Shown piece by piece: positions 1 through 12,199 of a stretch of DNA of 64,000 nucleotides. The notes under the pieces were generated by a model that was given only the letters and a program-made list of their open reading frames with translations, made no database searches and had not been told where the DNA came from. The position numbers and the translations under genes were made by a program. Where the stretch lies: positions 379,418 through 443,417 of the forward strand of contig MU058257.1 of the NCBI GenBank assembly GCA_013265495.1, given 5' to 3'. Origin of the DNA: Vicugna vicugna (Eukaryota). The number at the start of each line of letters is the position of its first letter. Within the stretch, counting starts at the first letter, position 1.

Positions 1-431
1 TGGCCAACCGAGACGTGAAGCTGGTGGTACCCAGCATGCCTCTGGTGGACCTCCTGATGCAGCTGGAGCATCACACGCCAATGATTCCCAATGCAGTGAC
101 TGGTTACTACCTGAACCATGCTGGCTTTGAGGCCTCAGACCCATGCATAATTCGGCTCATCTCCCTAGCTGCCCAGGAATTCACCTCAGATACTGCCAAC
201 GATGCCCTACAGCCCTGCAAAATGAAGGGCACAGCCTCTGGCAGCTCCCGAAGCAAAAGCAAGGACCATAAGTACGCTAACCACGGAGGACCTGACCCCT
301 GCCCTCAGCGAGTATGCCATCAATGTGAATAAGCCTACTTCATCTGAGCCACCCAACCTAAATGGGCTTGTCTGTCCCCTTGTCTCCACACCAGCCTGTT
401 TTCATAATAAACTTATTGGGAAAAAAAAAAA
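1..431 (+). pseudogene. TAF10: TAF10 processed pseudogene (3' part; 5' end outside window), antisense in MCM10 intron 9
   Basis: Translation matches the TAF10 histone fold (LMQLE..TP.IP.AVTGYYLN.AGFEASDP.IIRLISLAAQ.F.SD.ANDALQ.CKMKGTASGSSRSKSKD.KY). Intronless. Frameshifts at ~275 and ~335, ancestral stop TGA 345-347, AATAAA 406-411, poly(A) 421-431. Confidence 0.95.
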
Positions 432-580
432 GAAAATGTTCTGAAATTATATAATGGTGATGGTTGTACAACTCCAAATAAATTAAAAACTACTAAGTTG
501 TGCATTTTTTTTTTGGTGAATTATGCACAAGTCACAAGAGTGAATTGTCTGGTGTATGAATTCTATCTCAATAAACTTAT
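432..580 (+). mobile_element. Old L1 (L1M-type) 3' end fragment hosting the TAF10 retrocopy
   Basis: gaaaatgttctgaaatta..ggtgatggttgtacaac..tgaattctatctcaataaa is typical L1M 3' terminus. Confidence 0.7.
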
Positions 581-947
581 TTGTTTTTTAAAAAAGAATT
601 TCTAAGTAAAGATATAATAGAGCTAAATACTGACTAAAAGAAGGCTTCAGTGTATTTCATCATTAGTGTTTGATTTCTGGCACTAGAAAGAATTGAGGGC
701 AAATTACAATTGTCTTCCTTATAACGCCTAGTCAGCTGGCAATAAAAGACCTTTCCTAAGAGGTTAAATCCTTCCCCTGCCCTCAGCTTTGTAAACTGGT
801 CATTACACACACTCAATTGTCTCACTTTGATGCTTCCTGTTATGTGGGAACTCAGTTCCAAACAGGTTATTACAGCTAAAGTACCTATAATATATTCCTA
901 TTAGTTTCTTTCTTTAGCAAAACCACCCCAAGAAGGCTGAAACCAAC

Positions 948-1064
948 CAAATTCACGGTCTGTGTACATGGTTCTCCATTCTTCTTCTTTGCTTTACAGG
1001 TTCCCAGGTCAAGAGCTTCCCCCATAATTAAGATCTTTTGAGGATGATCAATAGATAAGCACAC
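948..1064 (-). CDS. MCM10: MCM10 exon 9 (117 bp; end of OB fold, start of zinc finger)
   Basis: ctccag|GTGTGC...AATTTG|gttggt; VCLSIDHPQKILIMGEALDLGTCKAKKKNGEPCTQTVNL. Confidence 0.95.
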
Positions 1065-4000
1065 CTGGAGAAAAGAGGCAGAGAGTTAAAAGCAGACAAA
1101 GGCATGGCCTTTCATCAGCAAGAATGGATATAACAGTTAGCCTGAGTTAAGCAGGCTTTTTATCCGTCTTATCAGTGCACAGGAATTTGAAGCCAGTGCT
1201 CTGTAAGATGGCTGTAGACATGGGAGGTGGAGTCGACACACTTAGTTCTCCACCCCTGTCCATTCCCTCCTGCGTCTTTGCTCTTAGAATCCAAATGCCC
1301 ACCCTCAGGTGATGGATCCTGATGTGTTTCCCCAGCAGTCTTTACAGCTAGTGATGGTCACATGACCACACTCGGGCCAATGAGACTCAAGCAGGAGGCA
1401 GCTGGGAAGGCTGCTTTCTTGACAAAAGCAGAGCGAGGAGGCTGGCCTCCTTTCTGTCTTGGAGATGTGATGGCTAGCACTCCAAAGGTATCTTGTGACC
1501 AAGAGGAAAAGGCTGAGACTCACAGACACTGGCCCTGGCATCACTACACTGCCTATTTCTGGATTTTTTTACTATGTAAGAAAAATAAACCTCAGTATTT
1601 AACATTAAAAAGAAACTTCAGTGAAGTTTTTCTGTTACTTGCAGCCAAACACATTTCTAACCAACAGATGAAGATTTGTTTCCATTCTCACTCCTCCTGA
1701 CGTAAATAATCTGTCAACAGAAGCAGCAGCTTCTTGCTGCGCCGTGGAGAACTTGTCTGTTTCTATTCACACTGCATCTAGCTTTGTAATTTACTAGAGC
1801 ATCAGTAAGTAGTACCCTGACTCTAATGCTGCCTGAAAAGATGAAAATTCACAAGTTGCAGCTTTGGTGGTGCTAACGAATGGAGCAAAGTTCTCTCAAC
1901 TATAAAACCTCACCTTCCCAGTGCCGCCATGCAAATTTACAAGATCTAAGGAGATCTGAGCCCAAGAGTTGAAAAAACTCCAGGAACCTTGGAATGAACT
2001 TGAGGAGATATAATGAAAAAAGTTGTTACAAAATACTCTAGAGTAGCCAAAAACTCAGAATACTGGCAGGTGAGGGATAAACAAGCAAACAAACAAAAAG
2101 TTTAATGGAGATAATATAAAAGCTTGACTTACTACTACCTGGAGGTAGACCAATAAAAATATTTCTGATCAGCTAAGTTGTAAAGACCAAAAAAATTAAA
2201 AAAAATAAAAAACTGTGGAAAGACTATTACCTCTTCTGAACCATCCTTGGGCTTCATGGGGTTCGCGTTGAGCAGCCCTACGACCGTACCCTGCTCAGTC
2301 TTCCAGAGCTGTTTGTGAACCTCCCCAAACAAGAACAGCGACACGTACCGCGTCAGGTCACGAAGATCATTCAGTCGCCAGATGCTGAATGTTTTCCCCT
2401 GGAGCAAATATTTATTCTTGTTTTTAATAAATTTTGAACAATGGGTTAAACTGTCTCCATTTACGGTTCAAGTATTCTACTGTGAAAGATGTAAGTATAA
2501 CCCACCCTGAATATGTAGTCATCAGAATGCCTGTTAATTATAAATTAATGGGCAAATTTGATACTGGAGTCTCTAATTCTTGGATCTAAATAGTCCAGGG
2601 GACTGCAATGCTTTTCTGATTTCACACCCAAGTACGCATACACACATGGACACACAATGTTAAAAGAACAAGGGAAGTGTGGCACTTCCATTTAAGAACT
2701 GATATAAATTTAGTAAATCTATTATTTATCACCAATTAATTATGTTATTAATATTAATAAGGAGGTTTCAGCTCAATGCTTCTAAATTTTTTCTTAGAAG
2801 AAAAAAGCATCATTTAAAGAAAACCAGTTGTGTTTAACTGTAAAGTTTTGGAAGTATTAAGAAATACGTGAAGAAATGCAACTCAAAATGCTGGCCACTT
2901 ATGAACAACTTCTATGTTTACAGATTTTTTTTTTTTAAACAAAATAATTCAAACAACACTGAATCAAGCTATTTCACAGAGGCATCCCAGAGTGGGTACG
3001 GTTATAGGTTACAGTAAGTTATTGCATAGACTCAGTATTATAATTATTCTTTCGTGGATTTGTACAATCTATGGACAAGTTCAGATAAATTCCACACCTA
3101 TTATTTCCATGTCATTATAGCCAGTGGTAGTGCAGTTAAGAACCTGAGTGAAAACCAGACTTGTTCACATTTACTGAGACAGAACAGGGCTAGAACGGGA
3201 TTCAGAATCTGAAACTCAACCCTTGGTGTCAGAACTCACAAAAAATCTGAGGTTGGCCACGATCTAAATTAGAGAATGCGCATGATTAATTGCAGTATTT
3301 TAGAGAGAGACTTTTGAGATCAAAAGCCAGTTCCTTCATTTTATAGATAAGGAAATGGAGGTCCTTAAAGAAAGATCAAGGGTTACCCTAAGGCCACAAA
3401 ATAATGTTCCTGTTATGCCTCAGTCAACTGCAATTTTAAAACCTGTTAGATCTTTTGTAATACCTATCAAATAAAATATGCCATCCTGTACTGGGACAGG
3501 TCAGCAATCCTGGAACTTCTGCGGTTGACATCTTATGCCTAAAAAGGCTCTCCAAAGGATCTGTGGACCTGGCCTCTTTGAGGACCTGCTCCTCCCCCAC
3601 AAGAGGGATTACAGCATCAGGGGGCAACCACACACGTCACCAAACAACAACAAGTGAACTGAGTAAGAATGATGTGGACAATGAAAAGCCCAAGAGGCCT
3701 GTGCAACCAGGTCTTCTTTAAGCAGGGCCTTCCTTACATAGCTTTCCCTTGGGTACCCAATGATGGTGTGGCAACTTGGGAACTTACTAGCAATTATTTC
3801 CAAATGAAATACCAATGGGCTCTGGGTAACAAAACAAGAACCTGAGTCCCCACTGCCAATTTGTGATGAAGTAGCTGAGAAATTAATAAAATGGCTTACA
3901 CTGTTAGAACTCTGTGGAGTGATTTTCTTCAGTATAACCCCAAATGTCACCCAGTCTATTTCTTCCAGTTTCTCACTTGCCATCTTTTCCTTGAGCTGAG

Positions 4001-7000
4001 ATAGTCTGATCAGTTTCCGGCCAATCATTTTCTTGTTCATTTCTGTGGAGGATACTCGAGGCTTCCTAGGTCAAGAATCCAGCAATTAACAGATTATTAT
4101 CCTAATAATGGATTACCTGGCATTGGAGTAGATTGGTTAGAAGAGGTGCTATGGACAGAAGTCTCTAAAATACCTGTTCTCAGGGAGGCTTAGTTATGCA
4201 GTATGGACAAGGAGCACCTTTTTACAGCAGATACAAATAAGATAATTTTTAAAGATATGTTTGCTTTTCCTTGGATCTAGAACTCGGCTTTATGTAGACA
4301 ATAAAGACCACAAATTCTTTAGCTTCTTCTGAATTCTAATATAAAGTTATAACATCCTTTTAAAAATAATCTCTTGACTTTAATACAAAATTATGAATTG
4401 CTGTAAGTAGATAAGATATTTCAATTCCATCAACTCTGCAAGAATTTCAAAGGTTCTAATTATATCTTTTTAAAGCCATGTTTTCACATAATAAGTAAAA
4501 GCTTTGAATCCAGCTTTAATTAATATATTCTTGCTCCTAATGACTGGCCAAAAATTTGTGAGTTTGCAGGTCATTTTTCTCCAGTAGAATATTAATATCT
4601 GTTCTGTTTGACCATATTACATACTCAAGGACAAGAGAAAACAGTCAGGAAAAAACATACTCTTTGACTTTTTCAGAAGTCTTCTGGAGTAGAAAGTCCA
4701 CGAGCTAACTCTGACCAATGAAGAATATTCAAGAGGAAAACACCAGCATAGGTGGAAAAATCCTTTTCTTTGCCTAATTTCTGTGAGTTAATAAGTTGCT
4801 ATCAGGAAACGATCCTTAGGAGTATTTTTAGAGTCTGAGGTTCAGGTAGAAGAATTATAGAGACTCAAACAATTCTGCAACCTCCTAAATTTGTAGGCCA
4901 CTCAGAAGCTTTGGCTGAAGAGTTTCAATTTCGTCTACTTCCGGGCAACTCACATGAGCAGCACATTCACATCAGCAACATCTGTCATTATTATCTGCAG
5001 GGACATACAACTGGGAAATGGCTGGGGCAGGCAGTGTCATCTCAGGAGAGACATGTTTACCTTGAAAAAGATCCCTGAAGCCCCCTCAGTGAGCTTTTAC
5101 TGTACTCCATCCCTCAGGCTCTGCCTCAAATGTAATTAGGATACTGAACATTTTTTCAAATTTTAAAGAGTACAAAGTCTTTACAATAAACTTCTACTGC
5201 ATGTTGGCAGTCACGTGTTCTCCCTTGCTTAATAATACACCATATAAGAGCTTAGCAGTTTTAGTTTAGATTGACAAGGTTCAGGTGTTCTAGAGAGGTT
5301 GCTCTTGGCTACTTAGATGGATGGTACCAAAGGCAACTCGGTTTCAGAGTCAGGATTAATGCTGTGTAGTAATCATGGAGACACAACGCAGGAGTGATGC
5401 AGAGCACAGAAGACGTAAAAGTCCAGGCTGTTCCCTGACCTACTCCTGTGATTTATTCCTATTTTAATCAAACATCTTAAAATTTCTCCACGTAACAGAT
5501 GCAAAGAATATAAACTGATAAACTTTTTTTATCAGAAAGAGAAAGAGCACAGCTATTTCTCTTAACATCAATTACAAGATACTACCATCCTGGTTAAACT
5601 GTATATAACTTTAGGTTTTTAAAAATAATCTCTATCACTATTTCTTTTTTTTTCTATCACTGTTTCTATCAGTTTCTGATTAAATATATTTATTCAATTC
5701 CTTTTTATGAAAACATATCTGCTATTCATCGTATAAACAAGAAAAAAGTCTTCCTTAGACATTTCATATGCAAATGTACTGAGTCAAACCCAGTGCCGAC
5801 AGCCAAGTTCTGTCAAGTTCACAAGCTGGTGGTCTTAGGCGGATCTGCGGCACACACACTATATCTGGAAGGCTCGCTCTCTGGGAGGAGGAAGAGGCAT
5901 CTTGTGAGGCATGTGAACAGAGTGAGTGGGCTGTTACAGCTACTGACCTGAGTCTAAGCCCAGAGAAGGCTTCCACAGACACTGTCTGAGCCATTTCCAC
6001 AGAGGTCCTGGGGGTCCCTGCGCTCTGATCTCTCGTCATCCCACTAGGCTTGTTTCCAGGAGTCGTTCGGAGTGGTTGGGAGGGCACACTTGTCAACTTT
6101 GAAGATGAGCTTTTGGGCTCTAAAAAATTAAAAAGTTAAGTTCCACACTGATAACTACACTTTTTATGGAATTTTTTTAATCAACACAGGCAATAACCAA
6201 TCTTAAAAGAACAAAGGAAGCTCATAGGATCACTTCTGACTACCCTCAAATGTCTGCAGCATAGTCCAAAAGAACTTTCTGCAGTATGGAAATGTTTTAT
6301 AGCAGTGCTGTGCAACGTGGTGGCCACCAGCCACTTGTGGACATTGGTCATTTGAAACTGACTAGTGTTTCTAAGGAAATAAGTATCTTAATTTAATCTA
6401 AATTAAACAGCCACATGTGGCTAGTGTCTTGCAGTATCAGTGCTGCCCTAGAACACTGCTCTTCTGTGCAATGACATTTATTGTGTGTTCACCCTACATG
6501 GAGCACCACGGTAGATGTCATAAGGGAGTAAGAGCTCCGCTTTAGAAATCAATAATTGATGGACATTTTTGCACAGATCAAGTTCTCCCTGGAAAAAAAT
6601 CTAAAGTTAGCTCTGCTTTCTTCTCTTGTTTTTTTTTCTCTTTTCTTATTTCATTTCAAACCGTTTCATATTATTTGCGGGGTGGGGCGAAATCAGAGGG
6701 GACCAGGGTTATTCTACTGATGTGGTTACTTTTCATACTTGAGAAGCATTTGATAACGCTTCTGAAGGTTAGAAAGCTGGGATATCCTCCTTAAGAAAAT
6801 ATCACTCTCTCTTGAGTAAGATTGCTGTTTACCCTCAAAGTAACTATGGATCACTGCTCCCAAGCTAGGTACCAGGGCAACCCGAGAACTTCAGAATCTC
6901 TGGAAACCCTATCCCTGCATTGTCCTTTCAAAACCAAACTTTGGACACTGCTTAATGAAACACCATAGTAATATTAAAGGTGCTAAGGGGATGGACACTA

Positions 7001-10000
7001 TTCGTAAGTGAATACATGGAATATACAATTTGTTGTCAAAACATATGAACACTCCGAGCTTGCAGCTATTCTGTACTGCTGTGTCAGATGTCATAAGTAG
7101 TCAAAAGGGCCTTTTTGAACATGTGTGATCAATAAAATGCTGCTCACTCTAAGCTATATTATCTCCAGACCATTTTGTCTTAGATCTTCCAAAGAATAAT
7201 CACTTTGGGCAAAAAGACAGTACAACAAAAGCAATACACAGTGCTTACAAATCCTCTTCATTTTATTTTGTGTGTATATATGTGTTTGCTGAAATAGGAT
7301 TTTATTTGAGTATCATTCTATACTCCTGGCATAGAAGCCTTTTCTAAAGAATAGACCCTCTGGTTCAATAGAGGACTCACCCAGTGGTTATACTTACTAG
7401 AATTCAAGTCAACTACAGGACTATAGAGTTAAAAATAATTTAACCAATTAAGTATTTAGTAAATACCTACCCTCTACCTAAGGATTGTGTAAGCACTATG
7501 AGATGCAGAGAAAAGAGTACAAAATACAGCATATGGTTCCCATTTCTAAGAAACTTACTTTTCTCAATGTGCAGGTAAGACAGACCGAAACACACATGCA
7601 CACACGACACTGCCAAAATGTATGTTAAACAGAGCCCAAGCAGTGAGAAACCAGGGAGGCCTTGAGTACTCCACCTGCTGGTGAAAGCTTCGGTGCCCGG
7701 GCCACCTGCCTGGGGTTTGGTGCAGCAGGGACTTTGAGCTCCGCAGAAAGGCATGCTGACTCCTGAATTCTCTGAACTTTCTTCTCCTTAAGAGGGGGAC
7801 GTGGAGCCTTATCTACTTGATTAAAAGTAAAAGAAATTAGTAACGAAAATTGAGAAAGGGGCTCAGCAGCTGTTTTATCAGGAGTTGGATGCAGAAGTCA
7901 TGAATTATAAATGTATGAATTAGAATTCCTAGAATGAGTCTGATTACCTGGGGATTTACGCAGAAGGGCTGGACTGGCGGGTGGTTTAATTGTCGCTAGC
8001 TTTAGCTGTTCTTGTAAGGATTTCATTTGCTCTTGCAACTTCTTTAATTCATCTAGGAAAGAGAAATACACTGATTTATGAACCAGACCAGAGGAAATAT
8101 TACACATGATGAGATTGCTGGAACTACTTTTGGTGTCCACCCATCGCTCCCCCAAAACCTCAAGACCCACAATATAATCCATGCCAAGAACTCGCAATTA
8201 ACTCTGGCACTTCAAAGTGGTCCCCTCAGAGAAATAAGCATTTTATTTCCAGCAATTAAACCTCTAATACCAAACCTGGTTACGAATTTGTACTATTGAC
8301 AGATATTATAGACACATATTCATAGCTAACAAGCTTTTAGGAGTCAAGAAATAATTACACATTCCATAAATTATCATAATACAATAAATTCTGGCTCCTG
8401 TATTAGAATAAACAGTTGGCTGAAACTGCATTTTATTGTATGTAATTTAAAAATATATAAGAGAAGATGCCAGGAATAAGAAAAGGGCACTCCTCCATGT
8501 GTCTGTTTAGACATGGTCTTCTGCTCAAATAGAATGTGTGCCAGCTTTGTAGTCTTGTCCTTGCCTCCACGTGCACATAAATCCTAAAATAATATTTTTC
8601 CTTAATAAGCATGAGAAATGTTAGAACCATTCAGCAGAGGATCAATCACAGCCGGTTGACACTGATATAAGGGGTTCTCTGTATGCTCAAATGCTGGCTT
8701 GAAATGTTTGATCCACTAGCTTACACACTTTTTTTGGCAAAGTCATTTATCTCTACCCCTGACTCAGCAGCTATTTGGAAGAAAGCTGTCCAATAGATGG
8801 TCTTCATCTGGTCTATCATAAAGAAATTAGAGAAAGCAAGTAGTTAAGGCACCTTGCAACTCCTGGTTAGTCTTTCCTTGTCTGGGAGCAGGAGCTGGGA
8901 GGACCCTCTTTTCGGTTGACTGCAACATAGGAACTTCCTCCTCATCAGTTAAGTCTTCTGTGTCTCCAAAGAGTGCAGCCAGATTCTCCTTTTGGTCTTC
9001 AGGCTTTTCCACTTCATCATTAGCCTCCTCTGTGTAAGATTCACCATCACCATCAGTGTCAAAGAGCTCATCGAATGAGTCGGGTTCACCAACATCCTGC
9101 GTCAAGGGCTGACTCTCCTGTGAATTACAATCTAAGGCCAACTCATTCTCCTCCAGCAGTGCAGTCAGCAGAGACAAATCATCTTCCTCCCCTATAGGAA
9201 AAAGGAAAGAAAGGAAGCCTACCCGTGAAAAACCACTGTTGACAAGCGGAGTTAAAACATTCAACATTCAAAAGGCAGTTAAAATGACTCCGCAGATTCA
9301 CCGTTTTGCCTGGTATAATTATTGTTCTTGATTCCATTTCTCCTCTCTCCAAGTGCTTCTCAGAGAGCACGGGGCTAAGAAAAAAGGACCAACATCTGCT
9401 TACTAACCACAGTGGGCCAGGCACTGGGCTAGGTCTCTTTGTCTGAGCTACGTCAACTAATCAGACAACTTCCTGCATATGAAATTCAACCCACAAGGGA
9501 ATAATGGAAAGAACACACTAAGCATACATTTAAGTCCTAAATGTACATATTCCCTCACTTTTTAATTGTTTGAGCAATTTTTTTAAATATAGAAAAGTAC
9601 AATGAATTATGTTAAAAGCACTCTTAGCTTACTGACAGGCATATGTAGAATAGATAGAAAAGATTATACTGTATAGCACAGGGAAATATATACAAGATCT
9701 TGTGGTAGCTCACAGTGAAAAAGAATGTGACAATGAATATATGTATGTTCTCATGTGTAACTGAATAACTGTGCTTTACACTGGAAATTGATACATTGTA
9801 AACTGACTATAACTCAAAAAAAAAAAAAAGTACTCGTATCTCACCACCCTAAATTAGCCAACATTAACATTTGGTCATGTTTGCTTCTGGCCTTTAGTTC
9901 GTTTAAAAAATTTTTTTTAGAAGTTTATTATGTCAAATCTATGCCAGCTCCTTTCCACTGCCTCCAGGCCCCATGGCAATCACTGTCATACAGGGTGCAT

Positions 10001-11382
10001 TCTTCTCAGCATCCAAACTCATTCCAGTGTCTCCCATATTACCAACTACCTCATATTTTCTTACTTATTTGTTATTATCTTGCTCTCTCTACTAGCATGT
10101 AAGCAGGGATGTCATTCAACAGCAACTAGTTTCGGTAAACTTTTTGATTTTGTCTATATTGGAACAAATTGTGAAGCCATGCCAAACAAATGAGATTTCA
10201 TTAAATACAATGATTTCTTAGAGAACACAGACCCAGTTACTACTTATTCTCATGACCATCTCAAAGCAAAAACTTACAGTTTGTATTACATCAATGGCTC
10301 TGTAGGTAATTAGGTGATTTTAGGAAACAGGAAACTACCATTATATTAAAGGTGCAATCAATTTCACATATTGTCACAGTATGATGAATTTTAACATTTG
10401 GCTTTAATTTTTTTTTAAAGAGCAAAGTGTAATAAACTTGGACGTTAAAATTGCACAACCAGAAAAATAATGCATGTTAAGGTCTTTTCATAGCCAGCAC
10501 AATCATTTCTGTGCTGCTCTCAGGCTAAGCTTTGCTAACTGGAACAATATCTCTTTACTAGGTAAATATTTTGCACACATCTCTGTAAAATAAAATTTCA
10601 AAGGACTGTAAGAATTTAAGTCAGGGCTAGACTAAAACCACTTCAACAGATTTCAATATCAAATGTGAACTCTAAAGTCACACTGCCTGGGTTCAAATCC
10701 CTGCTCTCACAGTTTCACCTGTGAAAAGTTACCAAACATGTCTTCCTGTCTATAAAATACGGTTGCTGTGAGGATTAAATCAGTTAATACAGTCGTCCTC
10801 GTCATCCACAGGGCATTTGTTCCAGGACCCCAAGCAGATACCAAAATCTGCAGATGCTCAAGTCCCTTATATAAAATGTACTTGAATATAAGCTACACAC
10901 ACCCTCCTTTACATTAGTATCACCTCTAGATTACTTATAATATCTAATACAATGTAAATACTATGTAAACAGCTGCCAGGGCTCAGCAAATTCAAGTGCT
11001 GCTTTTTGGAACTTTCTGAAATTTTTTTTCTCTTGAATATTTTCTATCCACGGTTGGTTGAATCCACAGATGCAGAACCCTCAGATATGCAGGGCTGACT
11101 GTAAGATCTTAGAGCAGCACCTGGCACACAGTAAGTGCATGCCAACTATCATTATTGTTAAAGACAATCACTGCTTTTAGGAAGGGAAATCCCACCTGAT
11201 TAAAACAAGTAACATTCACTGACTGAAGTGAGATTTCTTTTGAACCATTCAGATAATACTTGAGGGTAGGGTAGCAATTTTCACTATTTTATAAGTGGAA
11301 TAAATAACAAGCCCATAGACAAAAGGGTGGTTTCCCATGAAACAAAGAGAAACTGAGAAAACTGCCAGGACTTACCATCCAT
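948..11382 (-). CDS. MCM10: MCM10 replication initiation factor, partial spliced CDS (exons 2-9; continues beyond left edge)
   Basis: Joined exons read MDGEEDDLSLLTALLEENE...EAFSGLRLRKPRVSSTEMNKKM...DWVTFGVILKK...FSIWRLNDL...LFLFGEVHK...DLGTCKAKKKNGEPCTQTVNL. All introns GT-AG with consistent phases. Confidence 0.97.
1213..1662 (+). mobile_element. MaLR LTR (MLT1-like), approximate bounds
   Basis: gatgtgatggct..., aaaaataaacc and ttctgttacttgcagccaaa 3' motif typical of MLT1. Confidence 0.6.
2231..2398 (-). CDS. MCM10: MCM10 exon 8 (168 bp, OB fold)
   Basis: ctccag|GGGAAA...GAAGAG|gtaata; GKTFSIWRLNDLRDLTRYVSLFLFGEVHKQLWKTEQGTVVGLLNANPMKPKDGSEE. Confidence 0.96.
3900..4065 (-). CDS. MCM10: MCM10 exon 7 (166 bp)
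   Basis: cctag|GAAGCC...AACAGT|gtaagc; KPRVSSTEMNKKMIGRKLIRLSQLKEKMASEKLEEIDWVTFGVILKKITPQSSNS. Confidence 0.96.
5948..6119 (-). CDS. MCM10: MCM10 exon 6 (172 bp)
   Basis: ttttag|AGCCCA...CTCAG|gtcagt; EPKSSSSKLTSVPSQPLRTTPGNKPSG...VEAFSGLRLR. Confidence 0.94.
6257..6450. mobile_element. hAT-Charlie MITE (MER3-like)
   Basis: gtccaaaagaactttctg..ggaaatgttt..ggccaccagccacttgtgg..cagccacatgtggctagtg motifs. Confidence 0.7.
7675..7815 (-). CDS. MCM10: MCM10 exon 5 (141 bp; 138 bp from 7812 using distal NAGNAG acceptor)
   Basis: tcAAG|TAG|ATAAGG...GCAG|gtggag; (V)DKAPRPPLKEKKVQRIQESACLSAELKVPAAPNPRQVARAPKLSPA. Confidence 0.9.
7948..8052 (-). CDS. MCM10: MCM10 exon 4 (105 bp, coiled coil)
   Basis: tcctag|ATGAAT...CCCAG|gtaatc; DELKKLQEQMKSLQEQLKLATIKPPASPALLRKSP. 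Confidence 0.95.
8853..9191 (-). CDS. MCM10: MCM10 exon 3 (339 bp, acidic N-terminus)
   Basis: ctatag|GGGAGG...TGCAAG|gtgcct; EEDDLSLLTALLEENE...FDELFDTDGDGESYTEEA...LAALFGDTEDLTDEEE...NQELQ. Confidence 0.96.
9625..9829 (+). mobile_element. Truncated L1 3' end with poly(A)
   Basis: tactgtatagcacagggaaatatatacaagatcttgtgg..acattgtaaactgactataactc + A-tail. Imperfect TSD aaaagcactc/aaaagtactc. Confidence 0.8.
10790..11101. mobile_element. TcMar-Tigger MITE (MER2-like) nested in a MIR
   Basis: TA-flanked with inverted ends cagtcgtcct / agggctgactg. Internal gataccaaaatc..gatgctcaagtcccttatataaaatg. MIR halves on both sides (~10670-10789, ~11102-11160). Confidence 0.8.
11376..11382 (-). CDS. 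MCM10: MCM10 exon 2 coding part (ATG GAT G); whole exon 11376-11461
   Basis: cacacag|CCAAGA...gacatcATGGATG|gtaagt. Phase 1 joins exon 3 as M-D-G-E-E. Confidence 0.9.
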
Positions 11383-12199
11383 GATGTCCAGAGAACAGCA
11401 GTGATGGAGAACCACTAAAAGAGGATCAGGTGCCCAGGCGATGGCAGTGATGCAGTCTTGGCTGTGTGAAAGCAACATTACAAAAGTCACCCTTGATTCT
11501 TCTCTCTCACATTGCATATCCAACAAATCTAGAATCCTCCAAATTCTAGGGCCTTAAGCTCAGAATTCATCAAGACTCTGGCCATTTCTCACTCCACCAC
11601 CACCACCATCTGCCTCCTAGGATGGAAGCAGTCCCTTTTTCTTATCTCCAAGCAATGGTTATAGAAACTCAACTGAGGTACAGAGTAGTTGGTATGACAC
11701 TAATTACACAGATGAGACAAATTGTGAACAGGTATTATTTAGGCTGGTCTAAATATTAGGGCTACTATCTGTTTTGTTTCTTGTAACTCGTTTGATGTCT
11801 TCATTATCCATGAAAGTTCTACTTAGTTGCAGCCTTAGTCACATCAAGATTTTGATTCAGTACAAGTTAGTAAAACTCAAGAGGAATAGTTGGCATAGTT
11901 AATTATGATAAATTCATGTCATTCTGTGCCCTTTCCTTTTTTAATTTAAAATGATTTTTAAAACTACAAGCAAAAAGTGTAAATTTTTCTAGCTTATTAT
12001 TTAACTTGTACGTGCTCTATAATATATGTGACCCTGGTAAGGCCAACATCAAGTAATGATTATGGTGCTTTGTTTTTATTTATTCAACAAATATTTCCAT
12101 GGACCCATCATGTGCCCTGTGCTATGCTGTCTACTGGGGAATCTGTTGGATTGTAAACTTCCTGAAGGTTAGGTGGGAGCAAACTGTCGTGTTCATTTC

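Noticed and set aside
15..332. 105-aa ORF as a functional TAF10 gene
   Set aside because: It starts at GTG, frameshifts near 275 into a non-homologous tail, is intronless and has a genomic poly(A): a processed pseudogene.
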